DNA from: Azolla caroliniana
Taxonomy: Eukaryota; Plantae; Polypodiophyta
Length of the DNA stretch: 64,000 nt
NCBI GenBank assembly: GCA_043228905.1
Contig: JBHGNT010000002.1
Span: 21,390,001-21,454,000 of the forward strand
Reading direction: 5' to 3'
The notes under the pieces: generated by a model
Databases searched by the model: none
Told to the model about the DNA's origin: nothing
The model's input: only the letters and a program-made list of their open reading frames with translations
Program-made: the position numbers and the translations under genes
Shown here: positions 1-13,984 of the stretch, in pieces
How the letters are laid out: every line of letters begins with the position of its first letter
How positions within the stretch are numbered: the first letter of the stretch is position 1

Positions 1-634
1 TTTCCATATCTTGTATCCAACTGGAACACAAAATTTTGCTTTTATGCATCTTTTGGATCCTTTTGCTTACTTACCATACAATACTTGGAAGTTGATGTGA
101 GGGACTTCATTTAGCCTTAAGCATGTATTCAACAACCATTTCCATGGCCATGATCTCAATGGGAAGTGGGTCGTCTCCAAGAGGAGGGTGTATGGTGTTT
201 GTTTCTTAACTTGTAGAAACATTGTAAGAAAATGTTTTTGAACATTTTCAAACTCTTTCCAAGTAGATTTAGGGATGTTACCACCCCATAGAGAAGCACC
301 AATGTCACCAAAATATTGAAAAGGTATTTCTTGAGGACCCAACACTTAATATCTCCATGATTCAAGGCCAAGATATTTGAAGCTTTCCACACATTCAAGT
401 AGGCCAGACTCATTATTGTACATAATGCATGCTTTATCTTTTTTTTGGCTCTTCACAAGCATAATCTTTGTTTTAGAGTTATTGGCCCTTAATTTAGTAT
501 GCATGCAAACTTTTTCTAATGTCATCATAAGCTTTTGTGCATCTTCTAAAGTATTTGCAAAAAACACTACATCATCTGCATATAACAAAAGCATAACGAA
601 ATAATTCCCAATTGCAACTTCTTCAACACATTCT
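1..634 (-). mobile_element. Degenerate non-LTR retrotransposon (LINE) RT, 3' part, interrupted by a copia insertion
   Basis: ORF 346-594 has LLLYADDVV...NNSKTKIM...ECVESFKYLG (RT motifs 5-7). Reading continues on the other side of the copia element at 5774. Confidence 0.85.
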
Positions 635-919
635 TGTAAAGAAATGGAGAGTGTAGATGATCTTGTGCAACGAAAGAAACTATCTTTGAGTGTGAGACAA
701 ATAGAGAGAGGGAGAGACAGATAGAGAACAAGAAGCTATATTAGAATATATGAATTATACATCCAACAGTAACTTCGTTACAAAAGGGTACCTTGGTTTA
801 AATACCAACTAACTTAGGGCAACTGTCATTTCTATTATTTACAAAACTAGCCTAACCTAGAGTGCCCATTGCTAGTGTGGAACCCGTTGCATTGAGGAAG
901 TTAGGTTTGACTCTCAACA
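635..919 (-). repeat. 3' LTR of copia element
   Basis: tgtaaagaaatggagagtg...gactctcaaca; matches 5548-5773, which has an internal deletion of about 60 bp. Confidence 0.9.
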
Positions 920-3051
920 TGCCCCTTCAAACACAACTTCTAGTCACCAAAAAGTTGCCTTGTTGTTTGGCTCATTTCGGTTTTTTGAATTTCTCGGTTC
1001 TATGTCTGGATGGTCGGTCAGATCGGCTTCAACTATTCTCCTTCGACCGACTGCTTTGTGCTCCTTGTTCGACTAACCTGTCTGTTCGTCTACTTAGTTC
1101 AACTTCGTGCTACTACTTCAACTACTCCTTTGGTTGGCTTCGATTGACTGATCAACTGTTGCATTGTATTTGTTGGTTGTTATACTCTCCCTCCAGCTCA
1201 ACAATGCGGCAATTGTTAGGCCAAGGTTCGTCATGAATTGCCTGAGCTTGTCGACTCCTAAGGCTTTTGTGAAGATGTCGGCTACCTGGAGGTTCGTGCC
1301 GATGTGTTGCAAGTCGACATCTCTAGCTTGAACGTGCTCTCGAATGAAGTGGTAGTGCACTTGATATGCTTCGTGCATGACACATGGAAGAGCCAGATGG
1401 ATACTGCTCATGTTGTCACAGTAAAGGAGAATCGGATCCTTGATGGGAACGCTCAGATCCTTCCATTTTCTTTTCAGCCAAATGGCTTCACATGTTGCAA
1501 CAACCACGCCCCTATATATTGGCTTCTGTGCTCGACAGTGTGATTGTCGGCTACTTTTTATTGCTCCAAGAGATAGCCCAACGGAGGAATCTTGAAGTCA
1601 ATTGTCTATCAGCCTTGTAGCTAGCCCAGTCTGCATATGTGTACCTTTTGAGTCGAACAATCGTGTTTGACTTATACAAGATGTCGTAATCCATCGTCCC
1701 ACCAACATACTTAAGTACTCTCTTAGCGCAATCCAGATGAATATTCTGAGGTTTTTGCATGAATAGCTGCGGTCGGGTCGTGTGATGGTAAGATAGATTA
1801 AGCTACCGATTAGCTAACGATATTGAGTCAGAATCAAGCTTGAGGTTTCGATTGAGAGGGGTTGACACAAGTTTGCATTCAATCATCCTGAACTTGTAGA
1901 GCAAGTTGAGGATGTAGTGCCTTTGAGAGATCATTATCCCAACTGGTGTCCGAATTACTTCTATACCCAAGGAAGCAATGAAGCTCCTTCATGTCCTTCA
2001 TTTCAATTCGGCTAAGCAGGAGGGTTTTGACCTTATGGCCTCTGATTACTAGATCATCCACATAAAGGATGATGACAATCAAGTTGTCGGCGTTGCTTCA
2101 TACGTAGAGGAAGTTGTCTGACTTTGACATTTGGAAGCCAATTTGATGAAGATACTGAGTAATCTTCAATGTCGAGCACACGGTGTTTGCTTGAGTCCAT
2201 ACAACAACTTCTTGAGTCGGTAGACTGAGGTCGAATGGGTGGTTGATTCGAAACCAGGTGGTTGTATCATAAACACCTCCTCTTCTAATTTGCCTTGAAG
2301 AAAGGCGTTCTTTACATCCATTTGGTGGAGGTGTCACCCTCTAGCATCTGCGAGTGCAATGACTATCTGAACAATCATCATCTTCGCCACTGGGCCAAAG
2401 GTTTCCTCATAATCAACCCCATGTGTCTACGAGTACCCTTTCGCAACAAGTCGAGCCTTATATCGATTGATAGTGCCATCTGTGTTGTGCTTCACCTTGT
2501 ATATCCACAAGCATCTGATTGCCTTTTGGTGGGGTGAAGAGGGGATGAGGTTCCATGTCTCGTTCTTGAAGAGTGCTTGCATCTCCTTTTTCATCGCTTC
2601 GATCCATCGTAGGTCCTTAACAACTTCGGAAAAAAATTCCGGCTCTCACATTGTCACCACCTTCATCATAAAGGCATAGTGATATGCCATGTAGTCATCG
2701 TAGTCGAATCAGTTGACCGGGTTTCTCTCTCTAGTGGAGCGACAAAGTTTCTCATTTGCAATGACTGTTACTTTCTTTACTTCATTTGTCCGGATAATCT
2801 AAGCATCAAGGAATTCGAACTCACTATCGAGTGAGTGACTCAATTGGTTGTCATCTGGATCTTCGTACTCCGGCATTTTGGCCTTTCCTTTGTCCATCTT
2901 CGGACTTGGCCAAGATGTGCTTTGGTTGCTCGGAGGCTCTTTGTGGCCCACTGAACCTGGTCATGATCAGACTTTCTTTGAACATATGCCTCAGTTGATC
3001 TTTGTCTTCTATCTCTTGGTCGGCTGAGTTTGGATCGACTAGGGTTGGAGT

Positions 3052-3338
3052 CGAAGTTGTCTCTAGTTCATACCAGGATGACGACTCGTTGAAAACGACG
3101 CCCCGATTCACTCAAACTTTCTGGGTAGATAGGTTATAGCACTTGTACCCCTTTTGTTCGAGTGAGGACCCTATGAGGATACATTTCTTCGTTGGAGCCG
3201 AACTTGTCTCTAGTTCATACCATGTTGACGACTCGTCGAAAATGATGTCCCGATTCACTGGAACTTTCCGGGTAGATGGGTTATAGAACTTGTACCCCTT
3301 TTGTTCGAGTGAGTACCCTATGAGGATACATTTCTTCG
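3052..3338. repeat. Tandem duplication (~148 bp period) inside copia integrase C-terminal region
   Basis: ttgtctctagttcatacca...ccctatgaggatacatttcttcg occurs twice in tandem. Confidence 0.85.
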
Positions 3339-5547
3339 ACTTAGGATTGAGCTTCTATCGCTTTTGTTGGGAATATGTACATAAGAAATTGAGAATATCC
3401 TGACGTCGGATAAATACAACTTCTATCCATAGAACTTCTCATGAGGGGTTACGTCATGTACCACGAAGGTTGTACACCTATTCATGAGGTAGACGACTGT
3501 GTTAGCTGATTCTACCCTACGATTTCGGTAGGTTCTTTTCGTTCATCATTGCCCTTGCCACCTCCACTATGTGCGATTCTTTCATTCGGCTACTCCATTA
3601 TGTTGAGATGTGTGTCTACAGGTAAATTCTCGTCGAATTCCTTCCTTCCGAAGATAGGCTATAAATTCATCTGAGAAGTACTCTTTTTCTTCGTCCGATC
3701 GAAGGCATCGAACATGCCAACCTGCTGATTTTTTTACTTCATTTTTTAAGGTTTGGAAGTGTTTGAACACTTCGTTCTTTTGCCGCATAGGATAAATCCA
3801 GGTGTGCCTGGAGAATTCATTGATGAATGTGACTTAGTATGTGGTTGTTTGGCTTGGTCCCCATACATTTGAATGTATTACATCCAAGATCCCTTTACTT
3901 ACGTTCCTCTCTTTTGGGAACGATTGTTGATGTTGCTTTCCGAATTGGCAAGCTTCACACACTCTGGTAATCTCCTTCTCTATAAAAATGGGGAGTCTGT
4001 TGACAACTCCTTTCGACTTCATGCCCTTGAGCTTCTGGAGATTGATGTAGCAGCCTAATTCTTTTGTGCCACAATTCCAAGTCGGTGCCGACTTTGAGGC
4101 CTTTCGCGAACATGGCTAACTTCACTTCGTTTGACTCAAGGATGAACATTCGACCTTCATTTCAACCGCAAGCAATGAGTCGACCTTCCTTCTCAATAAA
4201 GCACCCGTCATGACTGAATCATATTGGCATGACTTGTTCTACAATCTGGCCGATCGAGACCAGAATTTTCATGATGGTCGGGACATGCAAATCGTTTTGA
4301 GGTAGGTTTGTTTGCCGATATTCCCGAATGGGACATTTCCGACATGCTGAATGGGATGAGCCGTGACATCCTCAGTTTCGATATAGCCGAGTCAATCAGG
4401 CTTTCTCAACTCTCGGAACCGATCTTCGTGAGACGTCATGTGATTGGATGCTCCAGAGTAGACAAACCATACATTGTCTGAAGAAGAGGTGTTGGTCGAA
4501 CTCTGTGCCAACATCGAGTGTGCTTTATGCCTCATTACGAACATTCTGCCATGATTGTCATAATCGAAATTCGTGGCATAGTTCGTGAGTTGTTGGATGG
4601 TTGAAGCCAACCCTTGTTTCTTCTTTCAACACTCCTCTTCATAGTGACCGAGTTTTCCACAGTACCCGCATTCAATCAGGCAGTTTTAGCAATTTGGTCC
4701 GACATGATGGCTCCCCCTTTTGCTGAACTCCCTTGGTGTGTTTTTGGCCTCTTGCCAATAGTGGAAGTTGTGCTCTCAGGTTGGCCAACCATGTCAGCCT
4801 CATCCGTCTTGGCCGGATCCTCTTTCCTCCTCTGACTGGCAGTAGAGCAACTTACCATCTAGTGCATTACTCCTTGGTTGGACATGATTTTCTTCAACCA
4901 ACAGTATCGACTGAAGGTTGAAAAATGAGGGAGGATTCTCCCTTACAAGGATGGCTGATCTGATTGTGCCGAATCGTGGTGCCAAGTCACCGAGGCATAT
5001 CTGGATCATTTTGTCGTTGTCGATGCTGACATTTATAGATCCGAGGGCGTTGCACAACTCCTTGATCTTCAATGTGTAACTGGTGATTAACATATCCCTT
5101 TGTTGAATATTGTTCAACTCTTGACGGAGTTGAAGCTTGTGTGCGGCCATGTTGGCTGCAAAAATCTTCTTGAGGTTGCCCCAAGCTTCGTTTGGCATTT
5201 TTGCCTCTTGAATATAGCGTAGCGTGTGATCATGGACACATGATGCTAGACAATACAACACATGACTTGCTGCTCACTCCCATGTTGAGTAGTCAACATG
5301 TGTCAGGTTGGGTTGATTTTCTTGCGCTCCTTCAATGTAACACCAATAGCCTTCGCCGACAAGGTATTGGTGCATCTTGTATTCCCAAGATGCAAAGTTC
5401 TTCTTTATTGAGTAGGAAGAGCGCTTCCCATTTGAGTGTTCATGTTGTAGTTCTTCTTTATTGTTGAGGCAATTTTATTTTATCGTCGGCGTGTAACACA
5501 ACACAGTTGAGCATGTTTTGATCAGACTACCACACCCTTTGATACCA

Positions 5548-5773
5548 TGTCAAGAAATGGAGAGTGTAGGTGATATTGTGCAGCGAAAGGAAATTGTGTT
5601 TGAGTGTGAGACGAACAGAGAGAGGGAGAGACAAACAAAGAACAAGAAGCTATATTACAAAATATGAATTATACATCCAACAATGTACTATTTACAAAAT
5701 TAGCCTGAACCTAGAGTGTCCGTTGCTAGTGTGAAAGCCATTGCATAGGCGAAGTTGGGTTTGACTCTCAACA
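5548..5773 (-). repeat. 5' LTR of copia element
   Basis: tgtcaagaaatggagagtg...gactctcaaca, adjacent to the PBS. Confidence 0.9.
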
Positions 5774-6290
5774 CTTCCTTTACATACTTGGCAACCATTT
5801 CTTCCAATTCATCAATGCATAGACCAAATAGAGTTTGTGAGAGTGGGCATCCTTGCTTAACACCAATAATGCTATTAAAAAAGTCTAAAAGTCTATCGCT
5901 CATACACACAACATATAACCTTCTCATAGATTCGGGAAATTGCAAGCATATATTCACTTGGCACCTCGAGTTCTTCCATTCACCTCTAAATATGCTCATG
6001 AGGTAGCATATAAAAAGCTTTCTTGAAGTTTACGAAGCAACAATATAAACATTTACCTCTAAGGTGAATTTCTTCCATTAATACTCGAATGGTGACAAGG
6101 TGATCAATGGTGCTATGGAGTTTTCGAAAGTCAACTTGTCCATAAACTCTCTTACCATTTCTTTTAGCTCATGCATATATATTTGATTCCCTTATACATC
6201 CAAATAGTTTTGCGATTAGCGAGCCAACCATGATGGTTCGATAGTTGTTTACATTATTTACATTTTCACCTTTATGTAAACCAATTTGTA
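5774..6290 (-). mobile_element. Degenerate LINE RT, 5' part of the element at 1-634
   Basis: GVKQGCPLSQTLFGLCIDELEE, STIDHLVTIRVL and NYRTIMVGSL motifs on the minus strand. Confidence 0.8.
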
Positions 6291-6304
6291 ACTAACAAAC
6301 GACA

Positions 6305-6727
6305 ACAGTTTGGTTTGAACCGAACTGAACCACGAAACCACGACTTAATGGTTTAAAGAGTTCGGTTCAGGTTTGGGTGTTTTTGAAGGGTTCAGTTCGG
6401 TTTCAACAGCTAGAAACCGCGGTTTAAACGAGTTAACAATTTTTTATTTTTAAATTTTGAAAAAAAAATTAAAAAATTGTTTTAAAACAATCTTTTCATT
6501 TTCATGCCGTATTCTCCATTTTATTAAAATTTTTAAAACTTAAATAATGAAATATTTTAAATTTTGACCTAAGTTGAAAATCGAAACCGAACCACGAAAC
6601 CGCGGTTTTATTGGTTTAATGGCTTAACGGTTTGATTTTTTTTTAATGGTTCAGTTTAACGGTTTCGTGGTTCGGCACCAATTTCAAACCGGTTCGGTTT
6701 TGACCCTCTCGAACCGAACTGAACCAT
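6305..6727. mobile_element. MITE / hAT-like non-autonomous DNA element remnant
   Basis: Dense AACCG/CGGTT(C) motifs in both orientations flanking an AT-rich core; no clean TIR pair or TSD found. Confidence 0.55.
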
Positions 6728-7626
6728 TGCTTATTGTTATTTGTAAGCCAATCGCACAACATACCATGTTGCAATGCATGATTATAAACATATCCATGCA
6801 TGTGCTTCCTTCCCATCCATTTGAGCATTTCAACCTTTCTACATTAAAGATCACTTGCTTTCAAGAGGCCAAATTCTTAAGTCCTATGTATATACATCTT
6901 CAATTGTAAAGAAGGGAGACATACATAAAAGAGAACCATAACACATCATCTTTCCAGCAAGAGATAGCTCATATAAATTCTTGTAATGCATAAACAAGTC
7001 AAGAAGAGTTAATTCACCATAACTCTTAACATGTTTCTTTTTTCGCTTTTCCCAAAATTTAGCACATGCATGTGCTTTCTCTTGCATTTGGAGAAATCGT
7101 TGAGTAACTCCACATATTCTTCTCTTTCTTTCTTTGAATAAGCCACTCATGCAGACGTTTTCGGTAATTTTTATTGTCTACATCGAAAATCATTAAGGCA
7201 CGTTCGAGCTTCATGACATTCTTTATCAAACCAAATATATATATATTTTCTTCTTGAAACTACAGTTCATGGTGCATTTCCAAGATATGTATGTGTGTTT
7301 AGTCGAAATGTTGTCCTCGGCCGAAGCCAGCCTATCGTAATCTAGGCCAGTACAGTGGTAGTTTCCAGAGCGCATGTCCGTCCGGGCAGGGGTATGTCAG
7401 GTAATTCTAATTTCTATTCATGATCATGAGCTTCTTCATAACTCACTTATAATTCATTCCTTCATTCATGGGGAATAATAAGAAGAAGATAAAAGAAAGA
7501 AAGCCATAGCCAAGAAGAAAGAAGAAGCAGAAGAGGCAGAGCAGAGCAGAGCATATTACTGTTCCATCCATTCTACAGTAGTCTCTTTCTTCTTCTTCTT
7601 CTTTTGTTTTCATAACTCTTCCAGCC

Positions 7627-7924
7627 ATGCCAGCTGCAGGGCTCATAGCTGCTGTGGCAGGAACTCTTGCTCTCAGTCTCCTCAGCCTCAAGAAACACCA
7701 CAGCCACCATATCACTCATGATGATGAAGAAGAAGAAGTAGAAGGAGAAGAAGGAGAAGGAGAAGGAGGTGTGGAAGTGGAAATGGAAATGGAGGATGAT
7801 GGAACAGGGCTTCTTGATGTAATCCAAGCTCAGGGCCGTGGCAGTGCCAATGTTGTCAGAACCAGAGCTGTTGACTTGCGATGGCACGATCTTAACTGCG
7901 TCATGTTGGACACAACAGGAAAGA

Positions 7925-7964
<40 letters not shown>

Positions 7965-10900
7965 GAGAGTTTCTGATGGCACGACCTTTCTCTGTATCGT
8001 AATCTATCTATACCTATATCTATATATGTAAGCATTCATTCCAGCTATTATGCATCCATGGCAAGAGTTTCTCTTTCCCTGTTCCGGTGAGTCTTTGCCT
8101 AGGAATCATATGTGTCTCCTTTCCCAGCACCTTCTTTTATCTTCTTATATATTGAGGCTCTTGGCACATTGGAGGAAAAAAGCATGAAATGAACCTCTAC
8201 TGGATTATCATTTATCTTATCCATACATCAGTATACACATATTGATAAGGCATATTTTGTAGCATGCCTGCAAAATTTCACAATACCATTCTTCTTATGT
8301 TTCAAACTCTTGCAACTGTGAAGAGAGAAATGGTGTGCTGAGGAGGATTGAAAGAAATGTGATAACAGTGAAAGATGAATTGATGCTTAACACTAAGGAG
8401 TCCTGGTCAGCTATGATAATAATCTTAAAGAAATTTTCTGCTATCACAAAATTGCGAAATGACACATAGAGACACTTAATACAGCTATGATGTCTGGAAA
8501 AAAGTACAATTATTTATAAAAGTATAAACCATATCTTATGTGTGTGCTTGTGTTTGAAAATTTTGATGACAGATAAAACATTTACTAAAAGATCTTGTTG
8601 GAGAGGCGAAGTCTGGACGTCTACTGGCTATCATGGGGCCATCTGGCTCAGGGAAGACCACACTTCTAAACGTGTTAGCTGGCCAGGTTTCTGCATCATC
8701 TCGACTTATGCTTACCGGCCATCTTTACATCAATGGCAAGGCACTGTCTTCATCATCCCCCTCATTAGCGTACAAGTATGCATGCTTCATATCCTAACAA
8801 CCCAGCATCATCTTTATTTCCAAGTAAAAGTTAAGACTATTGTTTGAAAAAAAATTGGCGGAGCTTTTTAGGGCTGCGTATGTGAGGCAAGAAGATATAT
8901 TCTTCTCCCAGCTCACTGTGAGAGAGACTCTCTCTCTTGCCGCCGAGCTTCAGCTACCAAGATCTCTAGCAAGTGAGGAGAGAACGAAGTATGTAGATAC
9001 TATACTTCATCGCTTGGGGCTGGTAATGTAGTGATTTATGTGCTTTCAACCGAATAAATTGATGGGATATAAGCAACAACGAGCTGCTTGTATGGAACTG
9101 ATAATATGTTGTTCTCTCTGGGGTATAGATTACTTGTGCAGAGACGCGTGTTGGTGATGCGAAAGTTCGAGGCATAAGTGGTGGAGAAAAGAAGAGATTA
9201 TCAATAGCTTGTGAGCTCATTGCAAGTCCTTCTGTGATTTTCGCTGATGAACCAACAACTGGTGAACTTTATTCCGTGCTTGTATTTTCTAGTTTGACTT
9301 CATGCAATCTATACATTGATGTCATCATATTATGATGATACACTTCTATTTATTGTTTTGCTATTATTAGAGGCGTCTCTCTCAATCCATTGTGTGGGAC
9401 AGGGTTGGATGCTTTTCAAGCAGAAAGAGTCATGGAAACTCTCCAAAACCTTGCAAAAGATGGACATACAGTTGTTTGTTCAATACACCAACCAAGGGGA
9501 TCCATTTTTACGAAGTTTGATGATATAATACTGCTCGCACAGGGTTCTCTTGTATATGGAGGTCCAGCTAAGGATGATGCTATATCCTACTTTTCTGATA
9601 TTGGGTAGGTTTTCATTCTGTGTACTTGGAACTCTACATTGTTTGGAAGTGGTATAGGAAATAAGAAATTGGTTCAATGTGAGTTTTTCCAAGAAAAGGT
9701 ATGAATTCGCATATGCTTGGTGTTGTGAAGAATGTAGAGTATGATCCTAGTAGCGGTCAAAGCAGAAGTAGATGGTATGGAAATTGATTGATGGCAAGAT
9801 ATATTTCTTCTGCATTTTATGTTCACCAGTTCCTGAAATAGTGGATGAGATATAATTTACCAGTGACTTGTACCCATGGGCTGTGGCTGACGCTGTATAC
9901 ATACATGCCAAATGAGCCAATGATAAAAATTGGAGTGAAACTCTGTTTGATTTCTGAACAGTTCTGTTTATTCTATTGCTGAAGCTATATATGTATTAAA
10001 AATGTTAGTCAAAGTGAGGTTGGGAGAGAAAAGATGGATAGTAGCATCACGTGGAGGCTGAACCTAACATAATGGAATAAAACTGATACACCCATTATCC
10101 ATTAGTTCCACTTCTGAGTGCCAAATTTCACTGAAAAATAATCTAAAATGTGTTGAAATTAAATTAAAAAGAAATGTCCTAAGACAGTAGTACATGATTA
10201 TTAAGTTCATGCAGAAACATACAATGTTTTCTTTGGTTTCTTTGATGTAATGGACACAAGAGAGCGAGTGATTGAGTGGTTGGTTTATGCATAAGGAAAC
10301 AGTCACCCTTGCCCAGACCATGTGAATCCAGCGGAGTTTTTTGCGGACTTGATATCCATTGATTATAGCTCATCTGAAAATGAAGATTTAACTCAAAAGC
10401 GTTTGCAGCATTTGGTTCAAGCCTTTAAAGAACACAGAATCAATGTAAATGGCGAGTTTAGTGATAAAGTAGTTGCCAAACCTCGAAGAATAGCTAAAGA
10501 TGATGCTACAGTAAAAAAGGCACGATCAAAACATGACAAAGTAGGTTGGTGGAAACAATTTCGGTTGTTGCTGAAACGTGCATGGCTTCAGGTTTGCCAT
10601 AAATTTATAAGTATTTTTCATTTCTTATTTGTGACTTTATGCATACTTTTTCGTTATCTTTCTTGTGTTTTTAATATTTTTACTGAAGTTTTCTATTACA
10701 CAGACCATTAGAGATGGTCCTATGAATAAAGTTCGTGCGAAAATGTCGATCTCATCGGCACTTATTTTCGGATCGATTTTCTGGAGGATGGGATTTTTGC
10801 AGACTGCAATTCAAGATAGGATGGGTCTTCTTCAGGTTCTCCTTCGATATTTGCATTGCTTGAATGTCAAAATGTTTGTTTGGTGAAAATTAAAAACCCT

Positions 10901-12962
10901 CATTTCTCCGCTATCATTGATACTCTCTCTTACATATGCTTGTGGAAGTAGAAAATTTATTCGATGAGTGGAATGTTGTCATAGGTGGCTGCAATCAACA
11001 CAGCAATGGCAGCACTTACCAAGACAGTGAATGTTTTTCCAAAAGAGAAACAAATTGTTGATCGTGAACGAAGCAAAGGAAGCTATAAATTGGGTCCCTA
11101 TTTGTTGTCGAAATTGATTGCAGAAATTCCAATTGGTGCATCATTTCCTTTGGTTTTCGGGACAATATTATACCCGTTGGCAGGGCTTAACAAGTCTCTT
11201 ATCAGGTATGTCTATAAATAAACTGTGTTACTGTAAATGAAAGAGCATTAGTAGGTGTAATTCCAGAACCCATCTGCACTATCACTTCCAGGTGACATAA
11301 CTTAGCTCATATTCTCGTTGATGCAAGAATGGGCAATGGTCACCTATGCATGTTCAGTGCTGAGCAAGGTCAAGAGTCTGACCCACCTTTGATTGCATTC
11401 AAGTTTCGTTTTCCTCACATTTTTTGAGCCTTTGCCTATTCATACACATTTCTATGTCAATCACAATGTACACTTGCGACATTCATTTGTGACTTCATGA
11501 TGAGAGAAATTGACTTATCAACTCCACATACACTACGTGAAAATATTTCACTGTCCCATAGGTCATTATTTGATCTCTGAGGTCGATAATAAAAATCTAT
11601 TTGTATCTGTCTCCAGATGTATTGGTATGACAACACTTTCCTATAATTGTATAGCAATGTTTTTTTGCCCCTTGCTCCACAGTTATCGTGGCACATTTCG
11701 TTCCCATTAACCTAATTCGTATAACAATTATAGCAAATCAGTATTGATGGTCCAAAATGAAGAGCTCATGCCTTGGCGAAGGGAAACTCAGTTTTGAAAA
11801 CTCATTGAATATTAATTTTCTGTGTTTTCTGAAGAGTCGCTCTCAACCATAGCAAGTAACTTGTTTTCCAAAAAATAACAAATAAGGGCAAATGTTGTTA
11901 GTGTAGGGGAAACCCTTCCACTCTTTTTATTGCTTTATTGTAAAACTTTCATCTCTTTTTATTTACTGATGCTATTATACCCTGCCTATCCATTATTTTA
12001 TTTGTCTCAATTCATTTGTGTTTTTGTTTTGCTTGCATGAATAGGTTTGGGCAATTTTGTAGCATAGTTACAGTGGAAGCATTTGCTGCGTCTGCAATGG
12101 GTTTGACTGTTGGAGCAATGGTACCCACCACCGAGGCTGCAATGGCACTTGGACCTTCCTTGATGACAGTTTTTATAGTTTTTGGTGGTTACTATGTTAA
12201 CTCGGAAAATACGCCTGGAGTGTTTCGATGGATTCCTCGTGCTTCTTTGATCCGATGGTATATGTTTGTTTATATATGAGGAGATAGTCTTTAGATCAAA
12301 AGTGTGTTGGAAACTTACTACACACCATATATTGGATGGATTATTTCATATCATAGCCATTGTTGCATCTTCAAGGGGGTTAATACACATGTCTAATTGA
12401 TTTTTTTAGGGCATTCCAAGGGCTATGCTTGAATGAATTTAGAGGGCTGAAGTTTGAGCATTCCAATTCATATGATCTACAAACAGGAGAGCAGGTACTT
12501 TTTTTAATAGGGGAAAACACAAAAATACCCTAACGCATTTTGGATGTTTACCTACATAGCCCCAAGGTTTTCAAATATTACCTGAATGATACTACCACAG
12601 TATTCTAGTAAAATTTGGAAGCTTGAAGGTATTGTAGGAAATGTGAACGAAGTTTGGGGTATTTTGCTGTTTGAACTTTCTTATATCAATATCTAACTAT
12701 ATATTCTGAACGAAGAGTACTGAAGCTGGTTGTGTTTGTACTGAAGGTATTAGAGAGAATGACCTTTGCAAAGAGTTCTATCAAAGAAACAATGTTGCAA
12801 GAAGCTCGCATACTACTGTTTTGGTATTGTATGTCATATGCTCTTCTTCAGAGAAATAAGCCAAAGTTCCAGAAGTTCGAATCACCGAGCTCAAAGGAAG
12901 GTTCGTCTGTAAAGATAGAGGAAATTGAGGAGGAAAACAAAGAGTTAATTACATCAAAATGA
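7627..12962 (+). CDS. ABCG7: ABC transporter G family half-transporter, ABCG7/WBC7-like (11 exons)
   Basis: Exons (GT-AG, phases consistent): 7627-7926, 8573-8775, 8872-9022, 9129-9261, 9403-9604, 10303-10591, 10704-10835, 10985-11205, 12045-12257, 12410-12494, 12747-12962. Walker [10 protein letters not shown], signature ISGGEKKR, Walker [17 protein letters not shown]-loop SIHQP, TMD motif [21 protein letters not shown]. These match the Arabidopsis ABCG7 sequence as I recall it. Confidence 0.93.
7927..7958. repeat. (GT)n microsatellite starting at the ABCG intron-1 donor
   Basis: aagaag|gtgtgtgtgt... Confidence 0.9.
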
Positions 12963-13984
12963 AGAAACAAGTTATTGGGATGTCTTATGTCAAGAACTAT
13001 ACTAATACTATCAATATTTACTATAATTCTTAAATTGTTAGTGCTGACTAGTTGATTATTGTTGGAAGGTAGAAATTTGTCCCCTCCGAAATTTCTACTA
13101 AATTGCATGCATGCCAACATATTCACTCAACATCTGTTTTTAGTTGCACTTGTTTCATAATACAAACCTTGCAGATATCATTGTTGCCAAAAGCAATAGT
13201 TCCTACTATTTGGGTTGTTCATTGGCGCTTAAATTTGTGTAATTGCACCTGTTTCATAATATAAACTTTGTGCATTTGATGCCAAATCTATTAATTCCTA
13301 CTACTGGGTTTATCCTCTGGCACTTTGATTTGTCTAATTGCACTTGTTTCATAATATAATCTTTTTGCATATCTTTTTTCATTGTTGCCAACAGCAAACT
13401 TTCGTACAACGTGGGTGGTGGTTGGGCACTTTGATCGGAGACCTAGGCATAAACATTGACCCTGATAGTTCAAAAAGATGCACGCATGATGCGACATTGA
13501 TAGATTAGTAAGGGAGGAGGAATCACTTGAAACGAAAACCTATCAATTCACTAGATAAATTTCATCGCAATGGATGCAAGGGCTCTCAAACTTGTGATTA
13601 TGATCATGACACAGTTTGTCTTATAAGGGTTTGCCTGAGAGATAAGAAGTGGATCATTTCCTTTCATTCCGTCAAAAATTGCAGTTTGTTTCCTATTGCA
13701 TCATTATTGAATATCTGTAGAAACAGTATTTTGTGTTTGCATTTTGACATTTTTCCAGCAGAAACACACTTAGAATTGAGGTTTAAATATTTGAAGGAAC
13801 TGTAAGACTAGACCAAAATGCATTACGTATTTGGTTTATCTGAAAAGCGATCAAAATTGTTGTAGTTAGTTTTTGGTATTTATTTAAATAATTGAAGTAA
13901 AATCTTGTATTTTATATATATTATGCACACTATCTTCATTGGGACTTATCTCATGATTATCACTAAGCTTGCAATCTAAACCAT

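Larger units (their letters stand above)
635..5773 (-). mobile_element. Full-length but degenerate Ty1/copia LTR retrotransposon
   Basis: LTRs at 635-919 and 5548-5773 (TG...CA). Met-tRNA PBS (revcomp TGGTATCAAAG, 5537-5547); PPT next to 920. Frameshifted gag (4800-5261), protease (WFVYSGASNHMT), integrase (RCLRSD..EY, QHNGVAE), RT (ILYVDDL) and RNase H (CDNMSSI, QVADIFTKAL) in copia order. Confidence 0.95.

Noticed and set aside
7443-7887. Antisense ORFs over ABCG7 exon 1 and GLR exon 1
   Set aside because: Shadow frames of low-complexity or coding sequence with no recognisable domain.
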